Assembly (NCBI GenBank): GCA_051362555.1 | Contig: CM120648.1 | Span: 17,418,587 to 17,482,586 of the forward strand | DNA length: 64,000 bases | Direction: 5' to 3' | Source: Lingula anatina | Lineage: Eukaryota; Animalia; Brachiopoda | Part shown: one piece after another, positions 11,570 to 25,359 of the stretch | How positions within the stretch are numbered: the stretch's first letter is position 1 | How the letters are laid out: each line of letters starts with the position of its first letter | Program-made: the position numbers and the translations under genes | Notes under the pieces: generated by a model | Told to the model about the DNA's origin: nothing | The model's input: only the letters and a program-made list of their open reading frames with translations | Databases searched by the model: none

Positions 11570-14500
11570 ATGATGCCAGAGGAAAGGTCGCCTTCCCCAG
11601 GCTCTAGCCTACCCAATAGGAAGGTAAATACAAATTTTTCTTTCATCACTTTTTATCGTTTTTTATTCGATTGTCTAAACGCAAACAAGCAATGTGCGTT
11701 TTTATTACGTACGGGTTATCTCGTCGGGCAAGATTTAGCATGTTTTTTCTATTTTTTCTCCGTTTCTTGATTTGAAAAGAAAAGTAATAAAATTGCACGA
11801 TGTTGAAGTTAATACCTTGGTTTGCCGTCACCTGACTGGTGACATGTCTGAGCAGGCAGAAGGAGAACACAGATGGCAACCAAGAAACGATTGTGTTTAT
11901 TCAAAGAGCGAGCTTTTTGTTTCGTCACTGCACCGCTATTGCATTGTATATTTGTACGGGATTTACACCACGTCAAAAAATTCCCTTTTCTGTTGGCTTT
12001 TTTCCAGTTGAAAAAAAAAATAATATTTTATGTAAAGCAAAAGTAGATTTATTGATCCTTAAATACACATTTGAATTGCCTCGTTGTTTAATCAAACAAC
12101 CGGGTACTTGGGGAAGATTTCAGTCAATCATTTTTTTATACACGTTGAAATAAAGTATCAATCACTCAAGTCACACACTAACATAGAAAGTCTCCTTCCA
12201 AACTCTCACCTCTCATCCCGTTTATCGGTTTATCTTTCCACTACAGGGTTAAGGAATATTTACACCGGGGATCATTCTACTTTCACTGGATATAAAATGT
12301 TCTGTGTTGTAAGCGATTTTTGATAATGCCTAAGGATGTGTGGTTGCTGGCTGGAACGGATGGGGGAGGGGGGGGAGGGGTTGAGGGGGTGGAGGGGGGG
12401 GGGTGCGGTGCTTGGGGTAGGGGGGTGTATGGAATGGAGAATCTACTCCACGAAATGGATTGGGGGGGGGGAGGGGTGGTTATGGTAGAAGAGTTAACTG
12501 GCTGATACGTGTTTACATATTGGAAGAAGTGGTTTATCGCAGGGTAATTTTTTTTTACTTTTTGGGAGAAAGAGTAGCCGAGTGAGTTATAAGTTATAGG
12601 AGAACTATGGGTTTCCGTAAAACTGCAACTTTCATTTTTTATGTGGGCACTGTACCCCTTAGCAAGTACGGGCTCAAGATATCGTTTATTTTGTTTCTTA
12701 ATTTACCTCAAAAAAAGAAAACCTGATAACGAGTGATTATTACACTGAGGTGTATCATGTTATCTTTTTTATTAATTTTTTTTCAGAGCGCCAAACCGAT
12801 AATGGAAAAACGGCGGCGAGCGAGAATTAACGCGAGTCTGGCCGAACTGAAGGCACTTCTTTTGGAAGTTATGAAAAGAGAGGTGGGTTCAGAATTTAAT
12901 TCCTTCTTTCCCCTCCGCCCCCAAATAATGAATGAATAGATAAGCATAAAACATTTGTTATTAATAGGATTGTTTCTTTAAACATAATTTCAATTTACAG
13001 CCATAAACGTGTCTTTGAACTAAAAGTTTTTTGTTACGTCAAGAACAAGTGACAAATATTAACCGTCGACGCGCACATGCCTGTACAAACACGCGTACGC
13101 TTGCACCCACATCAAGTGAGGGCTCTAAACCGTGCACGGAAACTTTCTGTTTACGTCTGCCATTATCTTTTATAGTCGTGATTACACCGAGCCTTGTTTA
13201 TTATTCAATTCACAGTGTTGCACAACACTCTATATTTACATTATAAACAGCGGTACACAGCGACGTGTCCTCCACGAAAGAGTGACACTTTTAAAGAACA
13301 GCACGCTCGGCACAGGTGGGCGAGACCTGCATAGCCTGTTTGTTTCGCTGTTTTTACATTTCACAACCTTTAAAGAAACCAACGAGGTTGTTTGTTTCTC
13401 TGTTTTGAACATTTGCATATGTATGAAGTGTCAACAGAGTGGCGCGGCATGCGAGGCACGAGGCGGACTTTCCCACGCTCTTAGAGGCCAGGCTGGTGTC
13501 ACGGGGCGCGCGCTGGGAGACCTCGGAGGTTTGGGTGCGGGACATCGGCGGTTTTCAACAACATTCGGGTCATATGAGAGATTTTTCACTGTCATTTGTG
13601 AATAATGATAGCGTGTTATCAGGTAAATATGGTGTTGCCGACGGAATAATGTATACATCGAGGTGACGAGCGGGATTCCTTTAGTGCTTTGCCTTTGTAT
13701 GTCGGCGTATTTGCCTCCGCGTGTATGTATGTAAGCGTGTGTGTATGTGCGCGCGTGCACGTGGAGGCGAGGGGGCTCAGATGGGGAAGGTGGGGGGGGG
13801 GGGGGGGCGACACTACAGCTCTCCTTAAAGAAGACTGAGCCTTTTTCGTCTGACAATTTACTGAGGTGCATTCCTCGTTAGTTGGTGTTTTTTGGAGTAA
13901 TTTCGTCACCCGTGCCCCCTTCCTCTCCCTTCTCCCCCTCCCTCCCTTACCACTTCAGAGCTACCCCGGGCCGCGAGATCATTCATGGGCTGCGTTCACA
14001 CAAGGCCCAACGGGTTCGATCCAGGTGTCGTACTGTGTCCCTAAGGTAGTGGTGTTTCTGAGGACAGTGACAAAGAACTTTTAAGTCATTTTTTATCTTT
14101 TATTCTACATCAACGGAATCAGTTTATCAAGCGACGTCCTTTGGAACAGCCTGTATCATTTAAGGCGTTTTAATCATTCTAACATCCTAAACTTAAGACA
14201 AATGTGCCGTTTATGACGTGTCGTGCATTTTTTTAGCTTATGTGCTCGAGCACTCTCCCCCCTCCCCCCCCCCCCCCTCCACTCCCTCAGCCTCGGCCTC
14301 GTGGTCGCCCCATATACTACGGTCTCTCAGTATGGAGAGCAAATCCACGATACGGTACGCCGTTCTATCCTTGGACGAAGTTTTATCTGACCAAATACCT
14401 CAACTTACACCGCAACAAACACGGACCCCGGGTTCATTATATATATAACTCCGAGCTCAGCTAACTGTGCCAGTGAACATACTCACTGCTGTCTCAAATT

Positions 14501-16576
14501 AATAGAAAATCATGATAAAAAATAATTACTGATATGATCATTTTCTTTAAGCACAATTGCAGTTCACAGACAAATCGCCAAGATGTTTTATCAGCGACGA
14601 TTACTCGGTGCTTGACAATTTGAATTTTTGATAATAAAATATTTGCATTATGATGGGGTTTTCTGCTACTGAAAACAATTTGTAAAAAAGAAAAGAAGAA
14701 AAAGAAAAAAAATCAAACATAAGAATCTATCGGGGACAATATGTCCGAATGACTGAAAATAATAAACTATATCGACGGCCCATAGTAAATGTTTTCCGAA
14801 TTCACGCGCATCATGTGTTGATACGTGAATAAATTGGATTAATGAAGGAATTAATTATTTCATCTCATTCCAGGGCTCACGACATTCCAAGATGGAAAAG
14901 GCCGACATATTGGAGATGACCGTCCGCCATTTGAGGCATATACAACGACAACAGTTTGCAGGTAGGGAGAACGAAAACATCGCTTTTGCTTTCCCCCCCT
15001 TTTCTGTACAAAACGACTACCATAAGATTTTATTTTAATCTTAATTACATGAAGTGGCTATTCATATCAGCTGTACCCCGTTCCCTGTTGGAGGCGTCTT
15101 CGAAGACACTGGAATATTTGAGTGGAATAAACTAAGTTCATATGTTGTTTAAAAAAATTGTGGATCTGATAAAATTTCAGTAAATTTTACCAGAGAATGA
15201 ATACTCACAGTAATCTTGATAGAAGCAATTTTTGATGAAACTACAAAAAATATTTAATTACAAATTTGACAAAACTGCCCCGTGTTAAAGTGTTAAACGT
15301 GCACAGTGCCTGTCACTTGACATAATGATCTGCCTCATCTATAGTTCTCAATTCTTCTCGAAAAATCTTTATTTCGTAAACAAATCTGTCCAGAGAGTAT
15401 GGATGACTTTTGGTATTTGTATGTTCTGAATGAGGGGCAGAAAGAGGCCCCCGGAGAACAATATCATCTAAAGTTTGTGACTTAAAATGGCTGAAATCAA
15501 ACCCAGAACGCTACAAAACGAACTATTTCTTTTATTGAGATGCGTTCTCTAAAGCGATCCCACAGGTATCGCATGATTCGAACTTGACATGAGTATTATT
15601 GCATATAGTAAAAAGAGAAGAAGCAGAACATTTAATCCCGACAGACTGAGAAAGACTTCTCCTATTTCCTCCTCTCTGCCAATAGACACGGATTTAAGAT
15701 TTCAAATCAACAATGAATCAATATTTGTATTAGATTCAAATCACAAACACCATTCGAATAGCTTGCCAATACGGCTTGTCACATTAGACACTCATTTTAC
15801 CATTGCGTCGCTGTTATCTGGCGTTAGAAAACGATAGCTCAGGATAATATATAATCTATCAACAGTTTGGCAATCTACAGGTTATGGCGGAATAATTCGC
15901 TTAATGGGATTTTATCTGATGAAAAAGATCTTCTGCAGGTCAATTGAAAATCATGAAAGGAAGGGATAAGAAGATAAAATCCACAGTAGAAACAAGACTA
16001 GAATTATTCTTCCATTTTTCTTGATAGTGCGCCTTATCTACTTTATACATTGTGCAAATGATGAACAAAAATCAAAGTTGGTCGTTAAAACAATACCTTA
16101 AAGTCGCCATTTTAACCCCAATCAGCAAGCACACTCAAAGCAAGAAATTTTAACAGAAAACACAGAAGTCATATGACAGCGGTCTACACGCACCGCACGC
16201 CAATGGGAAGGAGAAGAGAGAAGGAAGACGGAGTATTTTTTCAGTGACAAGTTGTCATCGTAATGATTTATCTTTCCACCAGTCAAGTCTCCAGAACGGC
16301 TAGCCATGTCCCCCACAACCACTTGGTGATAAGTGAGTGACGCTAGACCTGTCACAGTATATCAAAATGACACCATATGTATGTAGTCCGTCTTTTTATT
16401 AAGAAGAAAGTTGCATGAATAAACTTATCAAGTTAAGACGAGGTGATGCACTGTGTAAGGATTTTATTTGTCCCTTTTTCTCTACAGATAATGCTTATTA
16501 TTTCACTTTTTGGTCTACAAATGGTTTCTATTGATTCTAACGTTTTAACACTAAGAGGTATAAAACGGAGCATTGT

Positions 16577-16607
<31 letters not shown>

Positions 16608-16811
16608 ACTACAGAACTCAGACGACAACCAAGACCGCGGACACTGCCCAGTGTCGCCATCTAGTGGACAGATAACAAATTCCACACTGTTTAGGTCATC
16701 ATTTTCCAATGTGTCAAAATGAATGGAATTACAAAGACAAAAATTGTATGAACTTTCAGAAATAGACTAAAAATCTTTTTTACTTTTACTTTTTTATTGT
16801 TGGCAGCTTGT

Positions 16812-16848
<37 letters not shown>

Positions 16849-19181
16849 ACGCCTAGTGTCATTCAGTCATGAGGTACATGTATAGGACATCCTTCGTGGC
16901 TTTACTTTAACAAGTGCCTGCATTACATACTATGTAATTTATCTTTATTAATACTATCCTAATCAATAATCATATTTGATTTATGTCACTATAAAATCAC
17001 GTCACGTATTTCTTTTCTTTTCTTTTCAAAAGCCGTTTTAAGAGAGTTTAGATGCAAGATAAGATCTCGTGGACAATATAATTTGTCAATCCGCACCCAT
17101 TTCAAGCCTAGATTACATTTACACGGGCGCCGTGCGATGGAATTGTCCGTACGATTTTTTTTTTTTAGAAATCATAAGGAGCTACGGGCTACGCCGAGTG
17201 CGATTTCGCACGGCCACCGTCTACCACCGCTCAGACGCCCAGCGAAGAGGGTATTACTGGCAGTATATCTGCATCGCATTTCAAATATAATCTAGGCTTT
17301 AGGCTTTTCTTATTTCTATCATCTAGGAGATATTTTCTTTCCCTCACAAATACCCCGAAAACAGACCTGAGCTGAACTCTGTTTGTATTACGTGGAAATC
17401 TAATATTAAAGGGCGGTACAGTACAGATGCATCAACAGTGACAACTTTAGAAAATATGACAATTTTTAACACCTTACACAGGCGACAAGAGAACGCCCTC
17501 GGGCTAGACATGTCTATTTCGATGCAGGGAACAATTGTATTTTGGTATCTTCTATTGTCACCCCGTCAAGTAAAATGTCGCTAAATAAACATTCCACATA
17601 GACTTTTTTCAAGTCACCGCCTTGTATTTAAATAGAGACATTGTTTATTATGACAAAGGCCTAAGTAACACAGTTGACTCAAACGCCCAATCTTCTAGAT
17701 AAACTAGTCATAATACGGCGTTGATAGGAGGGATAGAATCCCAGATGGTTAAACAGTGTCCATTTCAAAAAAAAAAAAAAAAGATAAAAATGTAATCTTA
17801 TTAACCAGTGATCAGGAGTACTGCGGTATTTACGGTATAAAACTGCCTTGGAACGTGTGACATCGTTAAATCATTTTACATCTGCTCATTTTTTGTCATT
17901 GTTCACAGTGTCATGCATATATAAACAATAAAATCTTTTGGACTCTTTGGAGACTTTATATTATTTATAAGCGATCATGCCAAATTACATAAATTGGCAT
18001 AATTTGAATTTATAATGGAGTATTTCATACACAATATAACATTGTTCACTGTCTTTAAGCTAGTCTATTATTATATGATATATTATTTAATTTCAGCCGT
18101 TGCCAATTCCGACCCAACTGTTCTGAACAAGTACAATGCCGGATTCAACGAATGCACCTCGGAAGTGAGTCGATACCTCCATTCCATCGAAGGCGTGGAC
18201 CCCGACATCCGCGCCCGTGTTTTGGATCATTTAGCCACGTGCGTTGCTAACGCCACCGGGGTCAACTCGGAGGGGGAGAGAAGTTTCACCATCCCGAATG
18301 TTGCCTCGATACGACCGATGCCTACGCCACAAACCGTCTCTCCACGCGCCAGTGACGTTGATGGGTCGGGCGTCGCTAACGTGGAAACGCCCAGTTCGTT
18401 TGGAAGTCCGCAGTACGCCCCCACTGGTCACGTGATGCCGGATTTCACCCCAGGGAAGGGCATGGTACAGTCCAACGCATGCGAAGTAAGCAGGTCTACT
18501 TCCGCCCCAGCACAAACGGCCACTGTGACGCCGTTGAGCGCGCAACAAAGTAGTTCCGGGAACGTGGCCATAGGTGGCTTACAGGTCATACCTACTCGAC
18601 TTCCGTCGGGAGAATTAGCATTTGTTCTTCCTCAAAATGTGATAAACTCTGCGAGCCAGGTTCCGGCTCAAAGCTACATCCTCCCTGTGTTTGCTGGGAA
18701 TACTGGCATGGCTTCCATGACGTCAGCAGTCCAGCCCTCTGCCTCCATAACGACAACAACGGCTCTACCAGTCCCCGCGCAGGCGCAGTCTATATCCTCT
18801 AACGCGCAGAGTCATCAACACGTTGCTATGGCAACGCTGCAAAGCTCCCAGCAGCCAGCAGCTCCAATACGAATAGACACGTCCTCGACTCAGAGTGCTT
18901 TCTTATCCGCGCCTTCGATTCTTTCAATGAACGGTTTGTCCGGGACGGTGAATCTCTCCCCAAATTTTCCCTCTGCGAGTGGGCAAGCGGGGTCGAGCGT
19001 TCAACAAGGGGGAGCTCAGTACCAGTCAGCGCTGCCGTCTATCATCATGCTGCCGTCGAACTATGGTAGTCTACAGCAGCCCTTTCAGGGGATCACGCCT
19101 AATCTCCCAGGGTTGGTAAAACCCGGAGAACCGTTCCACATCCCTTCCTTGAAGGAAGAAGACGTCTGGAGACCGTGGTAG
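11570..19181 (+). CDS. HES: Hairy/Enhancer-of-split (HES1/hairy-like) bHLH-Orange repressor, 440 aa; exons 11570-11623, 12787-12882, 14874-14961, 18097-19181
   Basis: GT-AG introns in phases 0,0,1; 96-nt and 88-nt internal exons typical of HES genes; basic region with Pro ([24 protein letters not shown]); helix 2 [16 protein letters not shown]; Orange domain ([17 protein letters not shown]...RVLDHL); hairy-type [18 protein letters not shown] motif; C-terminal WRPW-stop. Exons total 1323 nt, in frame. Confidence 0.96.
16652..16669 (-). promoter_or_regulatory. Consensus CTCF-type motif in HES intron 3
   Basis: Reverse strand reads GTCCACTAGATGGCGACA, matching CCASYAGRKGGCRS closely; flanked by poly(A) tracts. 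Confidence 0.5.
17105..17298. mobile_element. Harbinger-like MITE in HES intron 3
   Basis: TIRs AGCCTAGATTACATTT / AAATATAATCTAGGCT; flanks TCA and TTA. Confidence 0.65.
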
Positions 19182-19415
19182 CTGAGCTCTGTTATAAATA
19201 TGCTATATACTTTTTATTCTCTGTTAATTATTTTGAAGTCTTTCTTGTGTTATCCAAATAATATTCAAGGATCAATATCTTCAGTTCTATTAAGAACTCA
19301 ACGCCGGGTATCTTTCATGGTGTCTGTTTCACATGTTAATTGTTGAAAACTGAAAAGCTTCACATCCATTTTATGCGCACTCTTTTTATATGGAATTTAT
19401 AAACTGGATGGTGTT

Positions 19416-19430
<15 letters not shown>

Positions 19431-19498
<68 letters not shown>
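19431..19498. repeat. (AT)n microsatellite preceded by poly(A) in the HES 3' region
   Basis: Direct reading. Confidence 0.95.
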
Positions 19499-19500
<2 letters not shown>

Positions 19501-20774
19501 AAATCATTTGAACATTATATACAACTTTGAACACAACAGTCAAGATGCCTAGCCATTATTCATAGGATTTATAATAAGTATTTATTAATTTGGGAAACAA
19601 TATTTGCTGTGCTGTGGTGCTTGATTGTGATGCTGACCGCTGAGAGTTTAAATTTGCTTTGTTTACTGTTTGCTTCTATTGCTGTTACGAACTGATCTGG
19701 TTACCATTGTACTTACGACAATTGTAAAGATAAATTGTTATCAACATTTTTCTGACGCTCACGGGTGAGTGGTGACATTTTACCACATCATAATGTTTAA
19801 ATACGACTCATACAAAATATGCCATTCAAACATATCTTAAATAAAACATGTTATTTAAGAGTTATTTTGCACGTGTGTTGTTCATTACGATTTCATTTAT
19901 TTCCATAATTCCCTTTCAATCGCTGCGTAATTGCGACACACATCAGTGCATCACACCTGGAAGAATAATACATGGCGGCCATTTTGAATTCAAAAGCAAG
20001 CTCCCAGGTCCCAGCAATTTCTTGTGTCTTGCTTCTCCTTTCATAATATATAATCTTTATTAAAGGTAGACTTATATTGACTCAGGGCCATTTGAGGTCA
20101 AATTCGTTGAGAATAAAGAAAATTATTCTAGAGCACAATGCCTCATAATAATTGAACACGTGTAACGCAATGGCGCAGGGCATTTTGGGGTGGCGGCATG
20201 TTCGTTTGATCCTTGCTGGTTAAGAATTGTCTATAAAAATACTTGATTTGTCTATTAAAATACTTGATTTGGTAATGAGAATTGAAATGTGCTATGATTT
20301 GTACCCTTGTGACGAATGCATAATAAAGTGCAATTGCGGCATAAGTAAATTAAAGCAGATTATACAAACGTTCACCCCAAAATACAAGTCCAGTTTGGTG
20401 AAATGTTTTGGACGGACGTACAAGAGTAACAACGACACAATGTTAAAGTATGCACAGATTTATTGGTCTGCCAAGTGCTCAGCAAAAGAAAATAATTACT
20501 GTATTTCATTGTTTTTTATGTGCACAGCTCAGATTGACCAGATGTTCTAAAAAACCGCGGGGAAATGAACCGACACAGTACTGGGCAACCCAGCAAACCA
20601 GCCAAAACACCGTTATATTCTTCGAAGTTCTGGTGCAACTTTGGGGTGATTTCTTTCCCAAAAACTTAGATATTCATCTCCGTTAAACATGACACAGTTA
20701 TATTTTCTTTCAGCAGACAAGAATTTAGAAGTCACATAATTAAGAATGGTATATAGGCCTATATATTATATATA

Positions 20775-22435
20775 CAGGGTTACCACTTAATATGGAATAT
20801 TATTTTTTGGCGAATAAATTTTCTACAAAATATTAAATTTCTCTCTAACTACTTTAAATCCAAATCTGAGGTGTCACTCCGTGTGTAGCCAGATGTGTTA
20901 CCTAATTACCACACAACTCTCGAAACAATTGATGCATGCAGTTGCATGTTCTGTGGTCATAAATGTGAGGGGTGGTCTTTTCGGCAATTTCTGCCCTTGT
21001 ATAAAAACGCATGGGTTTGGTCAATCTTTGGAGCGTGTTTAGAGAAGCAACAAAGGGATCGCTCTGAAACTTGACAGGTACCTTAGTGAAGATATGGTTG
21101 GACAGCAAAGCAACGCAGCTTACTATGGGATTCTTGCTCTCAGAGAAAATGGCCAGAAACGAACAGCCATTGCCAGGTAATTCAACATTTATCAGGAACC
21201 GTTTGTGAAGTCCTCAAAAGAAATGCTGCTACAGGAGCACCTACTACAATACCTCGACCAGGGTGTCCGCGTATCACACCAAGAAGACAGGATCGCCTTC
21301 TCCTTAGTGGACACCGTGCTGGTCGTACAAAGACAACCAGTGTCCTCAGAAAAGAGAGGCAGAATGTCATTCAAACGCCCGTTTCAAGGTCCCACGTGAA
21401 CAAGAGATTTCTGCAAGCCGGTTATTTTGCACGAAGGCCAGTAGGGAAACCACTGATAACAGCAGGTCATATACAGCGACGTCTGCAAAGGGCTGGGGAC
21501 CACGTGCGTTTGCAGCCAAAACACTGGAATCACGTTGTTTTCAGTGATAAGGCCAGATATGGATTTTTTAGGGTTGATCGTCGAATCCGTGTCCACCGAC
21601 GTGTACGAGGGGCATAAAACAATTATTGTGTACTGCCTAGGGTGCAAGCAGGGGATGGTAACGTCTCTGTTTGGGGAGTATTTCATGTCGGTGCCCAGAA
21701 CCAGTTGGTTTTTCTAGGAGGCAACCTCATCCAGGATTCCTACAGAGACATTCTACAGCAAACAATGCTTCGATTGGTAAGATTCATCTTCAGGAACAAC
21801 TTTGTGTACCACGACGACTGCGCAACCCCACATCGAGGCCGCAGAATCACTGTTTTTCTTTAAAACCAATGGGTTCAGCAACTGCCCTGGCCTGCAAACT
21901 CTCCAGATATGAACCCAATTGAAAATCTGTGGGCGGAAGTAACTCACAGAATTAATAGCCATGGTCCTCGGCCGGTAAATAGTGATGAACTGCGACAGGC
22001 AAATATCACTGCGTGGAATGATATCCCCACCCAAACTCTAAAAAACGTGTCACAGGATATGCCATGTAGGATGAGGGCGCTGCAAGCGGCTGCTGGAGGT
22101 CATACCCGCAATTACTGACTTTTCATGATTTACTGTAGTGAGTTCTTTGACTGTGTAACATATCACTGTCCGGAGGCTATCATTTTCTTTAATATCTTAT
22201 CTTAAAGTTTATACTGATATCAAACTGTTGATATGGTTTTCTGGGGGTGTTCCTTTCTTTTGAATGGCATCTTATGTCAGATTTAATATTATTGACCAAA
22301 ATATCTCACAACAGAAGACTGGATGTTATTATCACTCAGTGACATACTTTTTTAATGACTCAAGCCAAAAAAAAATTTAATCAGCACTCAAAAATAACAA
22401 TGATAAAAAATATTCCATATTAAGTGGTAACCCTG
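20775..22435 (+). mobile_element. Tc1/mariner DNA transposon, 1661 bp, both ends intact
   Basis: Perfect 27-bp TIRs CAGGGTTACCACTTAATATGGAATATT; TA target duplication at 20773-74 and 22436-37; internal transposase remnant. Confidence 0.95.
21094..22118 (+). pseudogene. Tc1-family DDE transposase with frameshifts and stops
   Basis: Fragments in different frames: N-terminal HTH-like region, PRPGCPRIT (GRPR-like), WNHVVFSDKARY, GNVSVWG, FVYHDDCATPHR, SPDMNPIENLW, AAAGGHTRNY. Confidence 0.9.
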
Positions 22436-23974
22436 TAAGTATCAGAAGAGCAGGGTTATCACATCTTGCTCTTCAAAAACAGTATAAGCGAAGCCAGTGG
22501 GGAGGGGGGGGGGAGCCTGCATATGTTCCCCACAAACTATCTTGGGATCCTGTATTCGATATGGAATCGTCATAGTGTCAACTCACACTGCTGTCTTGAC
22601 TGAGTGAAGCTTCTTAAACATTTCACGGGTTAGGTGACAATAAAACGTTATCATTATGACATTAATCTAGACACAGTTTTAAGAATTAATAGGAATGTCA
22701 CCATGGCATGTCAGATAACTTTTTTCTTACTTCACAGAAGACACAGCCGGCTGGCGGTGAATGCACAGCAAAAAAGTAGAATAGCAATAATTCATTTTAT
22801 CCTTGAGCCCCTCTTGTGTGCAGTGACCCCTTTCGGCAAGGACACAATTTAAGTGTTTTAAAATGATTTATAACAAGGCCGATGTCAAAAGACGTCGTGG
22901 ATGAGATAAACTGACATCAGATGTCACATAAAATGTTGCGTGTTTGTGTTGGTATAAAGAATGAATTATCATGTTTTCAACGAAATGTCTATATTATCGT
23001 TTTTTCTTTCATTATATTAACTGATAAAAATAATGTTTAATGCAAACATGCCTTCAAATAATGTAGTGCAAATGTTAAGGATTTGTTTCAAAAGTACACC
23101 ATGCATGATAAAGATCTATTTTGCAAATTACAGAATTTACCTGGGAATGTCAGAAATGGCCCTTTTTATCTCCAAAGAATATCTTATTCCAATCTTTTAA
23201 TAAATATAAGATCTTTAAGTCCGTTCTTAATTTCTCATCTTTACCACCATTAGTGACATCCACCCGTCTCTTTCTCTCTATTACGAAAGTGACTCAAACA
23301 CTAGAAACTTAGAAATCAAAAACAAGAATCTGCGAACTTTTGTGGATATGATATTCTTGAAAAAAGTAGAAATGCCCAGTCAAATCAATGTTTTGACTTA
23401 TAATGGTCTAGCCTAAAATATGTGTCTTTAGCAACATGTCTGCATATCTTAATTTAGTGATTGGTAATGGTGGTATTGGTGAAATTTGATTTGGTTATCG
23501 GTTATTAAATTGATGATGAGTTATGAGTGTAGTGAAATGATCCACTTTCTGTCTTTTATTTTTTCTTTGTCTTCTTCTTCTTCTTGTTATTTGATTTTTT
23601 TAAATTTTTTATTTGTAAAATTCACCAGATTTGTCTCTGTAGGATAGAAGATAAGATGGATAAACACACACACACACACATACACACACACATACACACA
23701 CAGGAGGAGGGAGAAAGAGAAAGAGAGAAAGAGAGGTGCTTTTTTCAACATTCCTCTAAAGTTTCCATTTTAAAATCTTATTACACATACCCCATCATTT
23801 TTACATAGTGCATGCAGGTCGGACCACCCAAACTCACAAACCACGAGGAAGAATTTGACCACATACATGAGATGAATTTTTAATGATTCCAAGTCACATG
23901 AACAAATGATCAGGCCACCATAGTTGGCTGATGTTATCCACATATTGGGTTTTGAATTGTGTATTGAACTTTAT

Positions 23975-24232
23975 GACTGGGTTCCCGAACCTAATTCGAT
24001 CCAACAGGATCGATCCATCTCCAAGTGGTTTCTTGCTAAATTGCATTCAGCTTAAACTGCTTTTATGTCTGTCACCCCTATACTGAAGCTGCTAAACGAT
24101 AATCAATTACCCCTAGCAACTTCAGTAGGCGTGGGAGACATCTAAGTCGCCTAAGTTGATTGCAATTTAGCGAGAATCCCCTAGGAGATAGATCGATCCA
24201 CTGTTTGTACGATAGGGTCTGGGAATGATCCC
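23975..24232. mobile_element. Fold-back MITE family A
   Basis: GACTGGGTTCCC...GGATCGATCCATCTCC...GCTAAATTGCA pairs with TGCAATTTAGCGAGAATCCCCTAGGAGATAGATCGATCC...GGGAATGATCCC; highly similar to 31640-31888. Confidence 0.75.
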
Positions 24233-24489
24233 TAATGCTTACCAGTATATTAAAAAGTACATGTGCCTTTTCCCGTTCAATTGAAAGATATCAGTTGAAA
24301 ATTATGACGGGCAGAGTGTCCTCTTTGTAACTATGATTTACGACACTATAAATGGGATACGGGTTTGTTATTGTATTGCTGACCTAAGCACATTTGTGAC
24401 GGCCAGAAAAAGGAAAATACATAGTAATGTTTCACCTTTTACAGGACATGTATTGTCTAGTGGTCGGAGGAAAAGTTGGCGGAAATAAC

Positions 24490-25359
24490 TTCCCACATTC
24501 ACTGTATTTACTACCCGGACACCAACTGGTGGATGAGGTAAAATGCGCATTTGATACTGTGATAAAAGAAAAAAAACCTTTCCAGAAATTTCATTAATCC
24601 GTTCTTTTATGGACACAACGATCAGGCGCCAAACCTCGTAAATGGATTTACTGTTTTTCTGAAATAAAAATGGAGAAAAATTGATGTTCATTTTTCTAAC
24701 CGTCCGCGTCCTGCTGTTCTCTGTCGTTTCACCTGCGCGAGGAAATTACCCCCGGGGTGAACATAAAAAACAAAGAACAATCCCTCCGCAGCGTTTGGGT
24801 TGGTTTTTGGCGGTCAGTCCCAGTCGGGCCCATTGTCCAACGCCGTCTTTGACCATACCCCTGACCGCGTCCGTGCGGGCCCTGTGCGCCGGATAATACG
24901 ACCACATGGAGAGAAGTGATAAACACTGAGGTGTGAGAATTCGCGCTCTCGTCAATGCTCCAACAATCAAACAAGTTAGCGCTCAATGGAGCAAGAGACG
25001 CTGAAGTCGAGTGTCGCTGGTTGACAGCAGGGAGCCGTTCGAGGTTGTTGCACGCGTGTGATGCGATACCCCTCAGGGTAAGACCACAGACATAGGACGC
25101 TCTGTGAGAAGTAAAGAGAGGGAAAGATGTTTTTTTTAATATTGATTATTTCTTGATGCCCAGAAATTACACGTTCTGACAAAGTTTCATTTTTTTGTTG
25201 ATATCAGGAACGCGACCTTCTATTGCGGGAAACCACATCCTTTTGGTTATAAAAAAGTTCGAATATTTGGTACTGACAACCCTTTGTTGATATAAAAACG
25301 AATAATTACTTTGTCCGCCAGTTGATACGAATTTAATACTCAATCTGGTGGTGTGAGAA
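24490..25359. promoter_or_regulatory. Candidate Notch-responsive enhancer downstream of HES (4 Su(H)/CSL sites)
   Basis: TTCCCACA at 24490; TGTGAGAA at 24932, 25103 and 25352; CACGCG at 25051; all within a CpG-rich non-coding island. Confidence 0.4.

Noticed and set aside
13132-13909. ORFs of 146-157 aa in HES intron 2
   Set aside because: Low-complexity, GC-driven ORFs without domain features.
16255-16360. tRNA gene or tRNA-derived SINE
   Set aside because: Only an A-box-like GGTCTAGCG on the minus strand; no B-box or cloverleaf.
18015-18096. N-terminal part of the 388-aa ORF
   Set aside because: Intronic read-through upstream of the TTTCAG acceptor of HES exon 4.
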